Source: an uncultured Candidatus Rokubacteria bacterium
Lineage (GTDB): Bacteria; Methylomirabilota; Methylomirabilia; Rokubacteriales; CSP1-6
DNA: 64,000 bases
Direction: 5' to 3'
Assembly (NCBI GenBank): GCA_963789955.1
Contig: CAWBMV010000035.1
Location: 1-64,000 of the forward strand
The stretch's first letter is position 1; the number at the start of each line of letters is the position of its first letter. Under the pieces are notes generated by a model. That model did not search any database. It had not been told where the DNA came from and worked only from the letters and a program-made list of their open reading frames with translations. A program made the translations under genes and the position numbers. Below, one piece after another: positions 22,320-32,574 of the stretch.

Positions 22320-23327
22320 TCACGCCTCGAGGAGGAATCCGGCTCGAACCGGATCGTCGGGATCGAAGAGGAACTGGCTGAATCCAGTCAGGTACGAGGT
22401 GCCGGTGATCTCCGGCAGGATCGCGCGCCGGCCCTCGACCGTGGTCTCGCCGGCGATGCGGCCCGTGAAGTCGAGACCCAGGAGCCCGCGGCTCGTGATG
22501 CTCTCGCCCACGCGCAGGAGCCCGCGGTGATGGAAGAGCGCCATGCGCGCACAGGTCCCGGATCCGCAGGGCGCCGCGTCGACCTGACCCGGCCCCCACA
22601 CGAGCGCGTTCGGCGAGACGCCCGCGCCGTCCGGCAGCTCGTGCACGAGCACGTTGTCGACGCTGGCCTTGCCGAGGCCCGGCACGTTCACCTCGAGCTG
22701 AGCATTGACGGCCTCGCGAACGGCCATGCCTCGCTGCGCGATGCGCTTGGCCAGCTCGCGCCGCACGCCGACGCCGAGCTTCTGCGCCTCGACGATGGCG
22801 AAGACGTTGCCGACGCCGACCGCGATGTCGACCGGCACCTCGCCCACCGATTCGACCTCGACGCTCTGTCCGGCGAGCACGACGAACGAGGGCGTCCAGC
22901 GCAAGGTGACCTCGCGAACGCGGTCGCGGTCCGAGCGCGCGACGGTCTCGACGACGCCGGCCTCCGTGTCGATGATCACGGGTGTCTCGGCGCCGACCCG
23001 CGGCACCATCCCGGTCTCGATCGCCACCGTCGCGGCGCCGATCGTGCCTTCGCCGCACGAGACGTAGTAGCCGCCGGGATAGATGAAGAAGAGCCCGAAG
23101 TGAGCGCCCGGCGTGACCGGCTCGGTCATCACCGCGATCAGGAGACTGCGGTGCCCGCGCGGCTCGAGGCAGAGACCCGTCCTCAGATCGTCGTGGTGCT
23201 CCTGGAAGAAGCGCCGCTTCTCGCCGATCGTGGCGCCCGGGAGCCGCCCGAGGCCGCTGGTGAGCAGACGCATCCCGATTCCGGCGGTGTGAAAATCGAT
23301 GGTCGAGATGACTCGATCGGACCGCAT
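22320..23327 (-). CDS. Proline racemase/hydroxyproline epimerase family protein (divergent)
   Basis: IDFHTAG, LEPRGH, SCGEGTIG, DAAPCGSGT, PEITG. Confidence 0.85.
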   Translation of the reverse strand: MRSDRVISTIDFHTAGIGMRLLTSGLGRLPGATIGEKRRFFQEHHDDLRTGLCLEPRGHRSLLIAVMTEPVTPGAHFGLFFIYPGGYYVSCGEGTIGAATVAIETGMVPRVGAETPVIIDTEAGVVETVARSDRDRVREVTLRWTPSFVVLAGQSVEVESVGEVPVDIAVGVGNVFAIVEAQKLGVGVRRELAKRIAQRGMAVREAVNAQLEVNVPGLGKASVDNVLVHELPDGAGVSPNALVWGPGQVDAAPCGSGTCARMALFHHRGLLRVGESITSRGLLGLDFTGRIAGETTVEGRRAILPEITGTSYLTGFSQFLFDPDDPVRAGFLLEA

Positions 23328-23376
23328 GGGCACCTCACTCTGCGCGACGTCTGCGGCGCGCACCGCCGCGCCGAAA

Positions 23377-24858
23377 TCATACCGCAGACGCGGCCCGCCC
23401 GGCCGCTAGCCGACACGCCTGGAAGTAGGGCGCCGCGGTCTCCGCCAGCACGAGCCCTGGCCCGGCCGCGGCGCGAACCTCGCTCGCGATCGCGGCGACC
23501 TCGGCGAGCACGGCCGGCTCGTCGAACGCCAGGATGCGGCCGTCGCGCAAGACCCACACGCCGTCGATCATCACCGCCGCCACCGCGGCGGCGCCGCCGT
23601 GCTGGACCAGATGCGGCACCGTCACGGGCGATCCGGCCAGCGCGGCCGTGCGCGGATCGAGCAGCACGAGATCGGCGCGCTGGCCCGGCTCGATGCGGCC
23701 GACCGCCCCGGCCTGGCCGATCGCGCGGGCCCCGCCGCTCGTCGCCATCTCGAGGATCCGGCGCGGCGCGGGCCACGCGCGCGGGTCCGGCGTGTCGGGC
23801 CGCGGCAGCATGAGGGCCAGGCGCATGATCTCGAAGAGGTCGTGGCGGCCGCCCGAGTTCGACGAGTCCGTCCCGAGCGCCAGCGGCACGCCGCGCTCCA
23901 GCATCATGGGCAGTGACAGGCGCCCGCTGCCGAGCATCAGGTTGCTGGCCGGATTGTGGACCACCGTCACGCCGTGGCGAGCGAGGAGATCGGCCTCCTC
24001 CGGCGCGAGCCACACGCCGTGTGCCACCGAGAGGCGCTCGCTCAGAACACCGGCGCGCGCCATCTCCGCGACCGTCCCGCCCGGCCACACCGCCGCGCCC
24101 CTGACCGCCTGGGCCCGTGTCTCCACGAGATGCGTGTGCGCGTGAAGTCCCGGGTCGGCGGCGAGACGCCGCCACACGTCGATCAACCCCGAAGAGCAGC
24201 GCTGAAACGCGTTCGGACCGAGCAGGATCGTGACGCGGCGGTGACCGCGCCACTGACTCGCGAGATCGCGATACATGCCTTCGGCGGCGGCGGGCTCGGA
24301 GCGCGGCGCGGTGTCGAGCGCGGCGCGGATCTCCGGTGGAAGCGCGAGCTGCAGGAATTCGTGGTCGAAGACGTCGTGCATGAACGGCGCGAACGCGACG
24401 CGCATGCCGCTCGCCGCGTGCGCGGCCAGCGCGGCCTCGGCAAATCTCGTGTGCGGGAAATGATCGAGGCAGGCGGTGATCCCGTTACGGATCATCTCGG
24501 CGGCGCCGAGCAGGACGGCCAGCCGGATCGCCTCCGCGCCGAGCGCCCGGCCGTAGGCCACGGTATAGAGCGCCCATGGCTCGAGCGGCAGGCTGTTCTC
24601 GGTCCCTTTCAGCAAGGTGCCGTAGGAGTGATAGTGCGCGTTGACCAGGCCGGGCATCAGGATCATCCCGGCGGCGTCGATCACCTCGCCGGCCCGGGCC
24701 CTCGTGTCCCGCTGCTCACGGTCCGTCAGGGCGACCGCCACGATCGAGTCGCCCTCGACGAGCACGCCGCCCGCGCGCGGCTCGTTGCCCGCGTCGGGAC
24801 GGACCAGCCGCGCGTTGGCGATGTAGACGCTCGACCGACCCGCGGCCGTTCCGCTCAA
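23377..24858 (-). CDS. Amidohydrolase (nucleoside/base deaminase-like)
   Basis: MPGLVNAHYH, HTHLVET, AHGVW, HNPASN, LGTD; TTG start overlaps upstream TGA. Confidence 0.85.
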   Translation of the reverse strand: MSGTAAGRSSVYIANARLVRPDAGNEPRAGGVLVEGDSIVAVALTDREQRDTRARAGEVIDAAGMILMPGLVNAHYHSYGTLLKGTENSLPLEPWALYTVAYGRALGAEAIRLAVLLGAAEMIRNGITACLDHFPHTRFAEAALAAHAASGMRVAFAPFMHDVFDHEFLQLALPPEIRAALDTAPRSEPAAAEGMYRDLASQWRGHRRVTILLGPNAFQRCSSGLIDVWRRLAADPGLHAHTHLVETRAQAVRGAAVWPGGTVAEMARAGVLSERLSVAHGVWLAPEEADLLARHGVTVVHNPASNLMLGSGRLSLPMMLERGVPLALGTDSSNSGGRHDLFEIMRLALMLPRPDTPDPRAWPAPRRILEMATSGGARAIGQAGAVGRIEPGQRADLVLLDPRTAALAGSPVTVPHLVQHGGAAAVAAVMIDGVWVLRDGRILAFDEPAVLAEVAAIASEVRAAAGPGLVLAETAAPYFQACRLAAGRAASAV

Positions 24859-25694
24859 GCCGTCAGCGACGGAAACCAGTGGCGCTTGCCCGCGCGAGCG
24901 AGCCGCGTGTCCCACTCGGCGAGGATTCGCACGGCCATGTTCGCCGCCTTCACGGAATGCTCGATGCCGCCGTAGACGAAGCGATCGGTGATGCGGTTCG
25001 CGACCACCGTGCAGACGGCGCCCGCGCGGAGACTGTAGAGGCCGGCCATCGTGAAGATCGTGGCCGCCTCCATCTCGAAGTTGAGCACGCCGGCGCGCCG
25101 CAGGTCGTCCACCTTGTCGCGGAAGAACGCCTGCTCGTATCCGTTGAAGCCCGGCCGGCCCTGGCCGCAGTAGAAGGACGCGGTCGAGCAGCTCACGCCG
25201 ACGTGGTAGCGGAGCCCGAGGCGCTCGGCGGCCTCCACGAGCGCCGCGGTCACCGCGTAGTGCGCGACGGCCGGGTACGCCGGATCGACGTAGTACTGGC
25301 TCGTCCCGTCGTGGCGCATCGCCCCCGACGAGATGACGATGTCGCCGCACTCGATCTCCGGCTGGAGCGCTGCCGTCGTGCCCACGCGGATGTAGGTGTC
25401 CCCGCCGAGGACCGCGAGCTCCTCCAGGGCGCTCGCCGTCGAGCCCCCGCCCGCGCCGGTCGAGCAGCACGTGAGCGCGACACCGCCGACCTTGCCGGAG
25501 AACGTGCGGTGCTCGCGATAGTTGGCGATGCGGCGCGACTCGTCCCAGTCGGCGGCGATCAGGTCCACGCGCTCCGGATCGCCCGGCAGGAGGACGTAGC
25601 GTTCCACGTCACCGCGCTTGCACCGGATGTGGTACTGCAGGCCCGCGTCCATCTCGGGCCGCGTAGCCGCCGACGTCCAGTTCGATGGCGTCAT
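24855..25694 (-). CDS. Uridine phosphorylase-like nucleoside phosphorylase
   Basis: LLPGDPERV, YIRVGT, FYCGQGR, NFEMEAA, VANR. Confidence 0.9.
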   Translation of the reverse strand: MTPSNWTSAATRPEMDAGLQYHIRCKRGDVERYVLLPGDPERVDLIAADWDESRRIANYREHRTFSGKVGGVALTCCSTGAGGGSTASALEELAVLGGDTYIRVGTTAALQPEIECGDIVISSGAMRHDGTSQYYVDPAYPAVAHYAVTAALVEAAERLGLRYHVGVSCSTASFYCGQGRPGFNGYEQAFFRDKVDDLRRAGVLNFEMEAATIFTMAGLYSLRAGAVCTVVANRITDRFVYGGIEHSVKAANMAVRILAEWDTRLARAGKRHWFPSLTA

Positions 25695-26465
25695 CCCTTG
25701 GTCTCCTTCTTCACGACGATGGCCGGAATTCCGGTGCTGAAGCTCGCGACCGGCACGAGCTCGGACACGTTTTCTTCGGCGCAGTAGCCCACGTCATCGG
25801 GCGAGCCGATGCGGCGCACGACGGCGGCCGACATCGACTGATCGAAGGCCTCGCGCGTCCCCGCGAACACCGACGCGGCGTTGCGCGCGATCGTGGCCGA
25901 CTCGCGCAACGTCACTGTCTCCCCGCCGGCCCGAACGAGCTCCTCGCCGTGACGCAGGAGGGCCGCGGCGCAATAGGAGTCGTCGAGGGCGGGAATCAGG
26001 CTCTGCTCACGTCCCGGCGCACACCAGGCTGATGCTCCGGCCGAGCCGGCGCGCCAGCGCGACGGCCGATCGCATGACGGCGGCGCCGTTGCGCATGCAG
26101 CCGATCAGCACGTGCTCGACGCCGCAGTCGCGCACGAGCTCGGCCGCGAGTGTGCCGTTGGTCGTGGCGAGGATCACGCGGCGGCCCGCGAGGTCGATCG
26201 CGTGGAGCGCCGCCGGCGAGGGCGTGAGATCCGCGTCGGCGGCTTTCAGCCCCGAGGTGTCCTCGGCGCACACCAGCGCATCGAGCCGGGTGCGCAGCTC
26301 GGCGACTCGTGGACGATCACGCTGGCCGACCAGGATGACCTCAGAGCAGCCGCGGTCCAGCAAGGTCACGATCGTGGTGCTCGCGCGGATCACGTCGATC
26401 AGCACCGCGACCGGAGACGGCTGCCGCGTCGCCTCGCGCGGCAGGAAGCAGACCTCGAAGTCCAC
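25691..26465 (-). CDS. 2-phosphosulfolactate phosphatase (ComB) family; frameshifts near 25950-26010
   Basis: [21 protein letters not shown], then ALDD and C-terminal DDVGYCA in other frames. Confidence 0.78.
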
Positions 26466-26475
26466 TGAGCCGCGC

Positions 26476-27828
26476 TTACGAGGTGGCCGGCGCCGCGTTG
26501 GCGGAGGGGACGTCGCCCGGATCGGCGCCCTGCGCGCGCATCGCCCGCTGGATCGCGACGGGATCGACGTCGCGTAGACGCGAGCCGTGATTCAGCGCCA
26601 GCGCGGCCGCGATGCCGGCGGCCTGGCCCTGCACCATGCACGGCGGGATCTCGCGCGAGATCTTCTGCGCCTGCGGATCGGCCGAGTAGTGCCGCCCGGC
26701 CACGATGAGCTGGTCGAGGTTCTTGGGAAGCAGCGCCCGGTACGGCGTGTAGTAGTCGCGCCCCCGGCAGACCGTGTCGCGGAAGTGGCGCCGCTCGAGC
26801 ACGTCTGCCTTGGTGACGACGTACTCGCCCTCGAGCAGCCGGCTCTGGCGCACGCCGAGCTGCGGCGCGACGTCGATCAGATAGCACTGAGCGAAGCCGG
26901 GAAGCTCGGCGCGCGCGAACGCCATCAACGACGCGATGCGGCGCCTGCCCTCCAGCTCGGCGGCGGTCATGTCCTCGACCTTGAGGGCGTCGTAGCCGGT
27001 CATGTGCGGGCAGTTGCACCAGACGATGCCGGGGAGCGGCGTCTTGAGCCACCAGAAGTCCCAGGCGCCACCGAGCAGTCGCTTGGCCTGCCGGTCCAGC
27101 GCGCTGAACTCCTCGGGGTGCTCGTACTCGAACCGGAGCGCTGCGTCGGTGTCCACGTTGCCGAGGCGGAACACGGTCGTCACCATGTACCCGCCGACGA
27201 CGTGCGGGGCGCCGGCCCGCGCGGCGACGTCGAGGTCGCCGGTTGCATCGACGACGATCTCGGCGAGCAGCGCCTGGCGGCCCGCCTTGGTCTCGACCAC
27301 GGCGCCGCGCAGGCGCCCGTCCTCGACGATCGGCTCGGAGAACCAGCTGTGCAGCCTCAAGTTGACGCCGCTCTCGACGACGAGATCTTCCGAGACTGCG
27401 TTTCCAGCCGTCCGGATCGAACGCGACCGCGTAGACGATCGGCTGGGGCTTTCCGTGGGCGCGGAAGTCGTGGCATCCCCAGCGCGCCCACGTCCGCCAC
27501 ACGTCCCAGCCCACGCGGCGCTCTTCGATCGGCGGCGACACCGCGAGGCCGAGCTTCTCGAGCCGCTCGATGGCCTCGCCGATCAGCCCCGTCGTGGTGA
27601 TTTCGGCTCCGTTCACCATGTCGTCGAGCACGAGCACCATGCCGCCCGACGCGAGCCCGCCGAGATACGGATAGCGCTCGATCAACGTGACCCGCGCGCC
27701 GCTCCGCGCCGCGGCGACCGCGGCACTGACTCCGGCCGGACCTCCGCCCACCACGAGCACGTCGCTCCGGTCGACGATCGGGGTCGAGCGGGTCGCCTCG
27801 GCGACCGTGGGCGGCGGGGCGCAGCCAT
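26476..27828 (-). CDS. FAD-dependent oxidoreductase (FAD_oxidored family); frameshifts near 27815 and 27400
   Basis: [35 protein letters not shown]. Confidence 0.85.
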
Positions 27829-28665
27829 CACGACACCTCGCCCTGTTTCCAGGTGACGATGCGCCGCTCGGCGAAGCTGACCACGGCGAAGAAGACGACG
27901 GCCCAGGCCGAGGAGACGAACACCGTCGCGTAGAGAAGCGGCGAGCGGAAGTTGTGGGTGGCCTCGATGATCAGGGCGCCCAGCCCCAGGTCGGCGCCGA
28001 TCCACTCGCCGACGATCGCCCCGAGCACGGAGGTGGTCGAGGCGATCTTGAGCGCCGAGAACAGGAACGGCAGCGAGCTCGGCACGCGCAGCTTCCAGAA
28101 CACCTCGGCCTTGCTCGCCGACAGCACGCGCATCAGCTCGAGCGATTGCGGGTTCACCGACGTGAGGCCCCGCACCATGTTGGCGAGGGTCGGGAAGAAG
28201 CAGATGAACGCGGCGATCACGACCTTGGAGGTCATCCCGAGCCCGAAGATCAGGACCAGGATCGGCGCCTTGGCCAGGATCGGGATCGTGTTCACGAACA
28301 CCGCGATCGGATACAGCGCCGCTTCGAGACGGCGAGAGTGCACGAACAGCACGGCCACCGCGATCGCGATCGAGTTGCCGACGACGAACCCGATGAGGCT
28401 CTCGACCGCGGTCGGCACGAAGTTGCGCATGAGCATGGGGAAATCGCTCACCAGGGCTTTCGTCACCTGGATGGGCGTGGGCGCGATGTAGATCGGGTAG
28501 CGAGAACACCTGCGCCAGGATCTGCCAGGCGGCGACGAGCACCGCCGCGGCGATGAACGGCAAGAGCGCCTGCGATCGGGGGCGCGGCGGCCGCGAGACG
28601 GCCGGCGCGGGAGCGCGGCGCGCGGCGGCGGGCTCGGCGATGACCGCGGTCGGCTTGTCGTCCAT
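27828..28665 (-). CDS. NitT/TauT ABC permease; frameshift near 28497
   Basis: [34 protein letters not shown]. Confidence 0.88.
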
Positions 28666-28681
28666 CAGCGCCGTCCGTCCA

Positions 28682-29464
28682 TCAGCACGTTTGGAGTAAT
28701 GCGCGCAGGTGCGAGGCGATCCGGATGAACTCCGGCGTCTCGCGGACGCTGAGCGGCCGGGGATAGGGCAGCTCGCACGCGACGAGCTCGCGCACGCGCC
28801 CCGGGTTGGTGGCCAGGACCAGGACGCGCTCGGACAGAAAGACCGCCTCCGGAATGCTGTGGGTGACGAAGAGGATGGTGGTGCCGGTCTCCCGCCAGAT
28901 CCTCAGCAGCTCCTCGTTCAAGGTGTCGCGCGTGATCTCGTCGAGCGCGCCGAACGGCTCGTCCATCAGGAGGATCCGCGGCTCCGAGACGAGCGCCCGC
29001 GCGATCGCGACCCGCTGGCGCATGCCGCCCGAGAGCTCGTGCGGCAGCGCGTGCTCACGCCCGGCGAGGCCGACGAGCCGCAAGAGCTCTTCCGGCTTGC
29101 GGAGCCCGGCGCGATCCCGCTTCTTCGGCCCGACCTCGAGGGGGAGCCGCACGTTTTCGAGCGCCGAGCGCCACGGCAGCAAGGTCGCGTCCTGGAACAC
29201 GAACCCGAGCTCGCGGTTGAGTCGCGCCCGCTCCGGAGGTCCCCCGAGCACCGAGACCGTGCCGTGAGTCGGCGAGACGAGATCGGCGACGAGACGGAGC
29301 AGCGTCGACTTGCCGCATCCGGAGGGTCCGAGCAGGCTGACGAAGCCGCCCGGCTGCACCGCGAGGCCGACATTCTCGAGCGCGGTGACGGAGCCGCGCT
29401 CGCTCGTGAACCGGACGGTGGCGTTCTCGAGCTCGACGGCGAGTGTCGCGCCCGGACTGCTCAT
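28682..29464 (-). CDS. NitT/TauT ABC ATPase
   Basis: [26 protein letters not shown]. Confidence 0.93.
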   Translation of the reverse strand: MSSPGATLAVELENATVRFTSERGSVTALENVGLAVQPGGFVSLLGPSGCGKSTLLRLVADLVSPTHGTVSVLGGPPERARLNRELGFVFQDATLLPWRSALENVRLPLEVGPKKRDRAGLRKPEELLRLVGLAGREHALPHELSGGMRQRVAIARALVSEPRILLMDEPFGALDEITRDTLNEELLRIWRETGTTILFVTHSIPEAVFLSERVLVLATNPGRVRELVACELPYPRPLSVRETPEFIRIASHLRALLQTC

Positions 29465-29486
29465 GGGCTCGCCGGACTCGCCCCGC

Positions 29487-30540
29487 CTACGCGCCGATCT
29501 TGGGCCGCGCGGCCGCCGTCGCCTTCAGAGATCGCATCGGTCATCACGTCGGTGACCTTCGGGGCCGGGCCCTTGAACTGCTGGAGCTCGTCGTAGATGT
29601 GCAGCTGCTGCTCCCACACGCCGGGCTCCATCGTGCCCCAGCCCTTGGCCGCGGTGGTCTTGGTGAAGCTGAAGCCGAGCACGGGCTTGATCGCCGCCAT
29701 CTCGGCGTCGCGATCCAGGTTCGGGTACGCCTTCACCAGGAGATCGACGGCCTTGTCCGGATTCTGCTGCGCGTACGCCCAGCCCTTGGCCGCCGCGCGC
29801 GTGAACCCGGCGAGCACGTCGCCGTGCTTCTGGAGCGTGTCGTCGGTCGCGTAGTAGAGGTTCGCGTAGAGCTGGATGCCCGCGTCCCAGAGCCGCATGT
29901 CGACCCGGTCGGAGCCGAGCGGCTTCAAGGCACTCGCGTTCGTGAGCCAGCCGGTGACCGCGTCGACCTGGCCCGTCAAGAGCGGCGCCATGTCGCTGCC
30001 CATCACCACGACCTGCACGTCGGACTCCTTGATCTTGTGCTTGGCCAGGAGCGCGCGCAGGAGAATCTTCGCGGTGCCCTGCGTGCCGATCTTCTTGCCG
30101 ATCATGTCCTGCGGCGTGCGGATCGGCTTCTTCGGAAGCGAGAAGTACGTGAACGGGTGCTCCTGATATCCGACCGCGAAGCACTTGACCGGGATCCCGC
30201 CCGCGCGGGCGAGCATCAGCGACGGGCTCGACGACAGGTTGCCGGCCTGAGCGGATCCGGCGGCCACGACCGCCACGCCGTCGACGTTCGGACCACCCGG
30301 CGCGAATTTCAAGTTGATCCCCTCGGCTTCGAAATAGCCGAGGCTGCGCCCGGCGACCTCGCCGATCTGGCCGTTGCTCATGATCCAGCCGAGCTGGAAC
30401 GTCACCTCACTCGTCGCGGCGCGCGCGCCGCGCGCGACGGAGATGACGCCGCCGCCCGCCGCCACTCCGGCGAGCAGTGCGGCCGAGCGGCCGAGCATGT
30501 GGCGGCGGGTCAGATCGTGACTGGCGGGTGTCCGGCTCAT
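29487..30540 (-). CDS. NMT1/THI5-like ABC substrate-binding protein with Tat-type leader; probable frameshift near the 3' end
   Basis: LTRRHML twin-arginine leader, [26 protein letters not shown]. Confidence 0.85.
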
Positions 30541-30620
30541 AAATCCTCCTCGCGGCTCTGCTCGACCGTTCCGCAACCTTAGCCGGTTTCCCCGGAGAAT
30601 CCAAGCGCGCGAGGTTCCCT

Positions 30621-30649
30621 TTGACCTCCGTGCCGGCGTCACCTACGCT
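30621..30649 (+). promoter_or_regulatory. Putative sigma70 promoter (leaderless geometry)
   Basis: TTGACC-N17-TACGCT, 6 nt before GTG at 30656. Confidence 0.55.
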
Positions 30650-30655
30650 GCGACG

Positions 30656-31609
30656 GTGAACTCGAGCGTCGAATACATCGGGCCGCGGGCCGCCTTCGCG
30701 ACGCTCGGTGGAAGCCCGACCTGGGGCCTCGGCGATCGGTTCCACGAGCTCGCGGCGACACGCGGACACACGAGGCTCGGCATCCACCGACCTCGGACGC
30801 CCTACGGTCTCGGTCCCCAGGTGGAGCACTTCCGAGGGCCGAGCGGGCGTGAGTTCCTGCGCATCCCGACGTACGGTCAGGTCGTCGACGAAGATCCCCT
30901 GCTGCACGCCAGCGAGTGGAAGACGTTCTGGATTCTCTGGAAGGCAGGTGTGCGCGTGCTGCTCGTCGGCGGCACCAGCGGCAGCTGCGACTGGCGGCGA
31001 ACGGCCGTCGACGAGGACGCCGTGCGTCCCGGCGACTTCGTGCTGCCGAAGAGCTACCTGACGCGCGACACGATGCCGACCGGCCTGCCCGGCACCGAGC
31101 TCGAGTTCTGCCTGCCGCGCCAGGTCGCGATCATGGACGATCCCTTCTGCCCGCCGCTCGCGGACGCGCTGCGCTCGCGCGCCGGGCGCGCGCTCGATTT
31201 CAGATTCCGTCGCATCCACGGCCCGGAGGCCGGCGTGGTGCTGAACCGCTGGCTCGCCGGAAACGGCTTCGAGTCGCTCGCGACGTGCCGCATGCTCGAA
31301 GCGTCGGGCCGCCAGATCGGAATGCCGATCATCACCGGTGACTGCGTGAGCCCGGTGCTGGCGCGCGTGTGCGGGATGCACCTCGCGTACTACCACGTCG
31401 TGGCCAACTGGGGCACCGGGCTCGAGCCCGACGATCCGACGATCGTCTTGAATCGGCTCTACATGGAGACGCTTCCCGCGGTGGCCGCGGCCCTCGAGCT
31501 CTCGTTCCTCGACGAGGCGAGCGAGCCGACCGCGTGCCGGTGTCGCGAGCTCCTGCGCGCTCGCCCCCCGGAGTACGCGCGAGCGCTGAGCCCCCGCGCG
31601 ACGCAGTAA
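30656..31609 (+). CDS. Divergent MTAP/purine nucleoside phosphorylase-like protein
   Basis: VRPGDFVLP, DPFCPPL, GFES, YYHVVANWGTG and C-terminal CRC resemble MTAP. Confidence 0.65.
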   Translation: MNSSVEYIGPRAAFATLGGSPTWGLGDRFHELAATRGHTRLGIHRPRTPYGLGPQVEHFRGPSGREFLRIPTYGQVVDEDPLLHASEWKTFWILWKAGVRVLLVGGTSGSCDWRRTAVDEDAVRPGDFVLPKSYLTRDTMPTGLPGTELEFCLPRQVAIMDDPFCPPLADALRSRAGRALDFRFRRIHGPEAGVVLNRWLAGNGFESLATCRMLEASGRQIGMPIITGDCVSPVLARVCGMHLAYYHVVANWGTGLEPDDPTIVLNRLYMETLPAVAAALELSFLDEASEPTACRCRELLRARPPEYARALSPRATQ

Positions 31610-31632
31610 ACTCGACGTCCAGGAGGAGAGCC

Positions 31633-32574
31633 TTGAAGACGATCACTCCAGCGCTCAAGCAGATCGCGTCGGGGCTGCGATTCCCCGAGGGCCCGGTGGC
31701 GATGAGCGACGGTTCGGTGGTGCTGGTCGAGATCGAACGGCGCACGCTCTCGCGCGTCACACCCGACGGCAAGATCCACGTGGTCGCCACCCTGGGCGGC
31801 GGGCCGAACGGCGCGGCGATGGGGCCGGGCGGCAAGATCTACGTGACCAACAACGGCGGGCTGAAGTTCATGGATCGCCCGGGCAAGCTGTTTCCGATCG
31901 CGCAGGGCGACGACTACAAGGGCGGGCTGATCCAGCGAGTCGATCCCGAGACCGGAAAGTTCGAGACGCTCTACGATTCGTGCGACGGGATGAAGCTGCG
32001 CGGGCCGAACGATCTCGTGTTCGACAACGCCGGCGGCTTCTGGTTCACGGATCTCGGCAAGACGCGCGATCGCGACATGGATCGCGGCTCGGTCTACTAC
32101 GCGAAGGCCGACGGCTCGATGATCAAGGAGGCGATCTTCCCGCTCGAGCGGCCGAACGGGATCGGGCTCTCGCCGGACGAGCGCACGCTCTACGTCGTCG
32201 AGACGCCGACCGCGCGCTGCTGGGCGTTCAAGCTCTCGGCGCCCGGCCAGATCGAATCGGCCAATGGTCCGTATCGCGGCGAGAAGGGCACCGTCATCGC
32301 CGGGCTCGGCGGCTATCAGATGTTCGACTCGCTCGCGGTCGACGGCGAGGGCCACATCTGCGTGGCGACCCTGATCACCGGCGCGGTGAGCGACATCTGG
32401 CCGGACGGCAGCCGCGTCGACCAGTACAAGCTGCCGGACATGATGGTCACCAACGTCTGCTTCGGCGGCCGCGAGCTCAGGACCGCGTTCGCGACCCTGT
32501 CGATGGGCGGCACGCTCGTGTCGTTCGAGTGGCCGCGGCCGGGCCTCGCGCTCAAATACCTGAACACGCCATGA
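31633..32574 (+). CDS. SMP-30/gluconolactonase/LRE family protein
   Basis: GLRFPEGP, GGPNG, GPNDL, PNGIGLSPD; AGGAGG RBS. Confidence 0.9.
   Translation: MKTITPALKQIASGLRFPEGPVAMSDGSVVLVEIERRTLSRVTPDGKIHVVATLGGGPNGAAMGPGGKIYVTNNGGLKFMDRPGKLFPIAQGDDYKGGLIQRVDPETGKFETLYDSCDGMKLRGPNDLVFDNAGGFWFTDLGKTRDRDMDRGSVYYAKADGSMIKEAIFPLERPNGIGLSPDERTLYVVETPTARCWAFKLSAPGQIESANGPYRGEKGTVIAGLGGYQMFDSLAVDGEGHICVATLITGAVSDIWPDGSRVDQYKLPDMMVTNVCFGGRELRTAFATLSMGGTLVSFEWPRPGLALKYLNTP

Noticed and set aside
25691..26465. Coenzyme M biosynthesis inferred from the ComB-like gene
   Set aside because: No comA/C/D/E in the window; ComB homologs are widespread phosphatases
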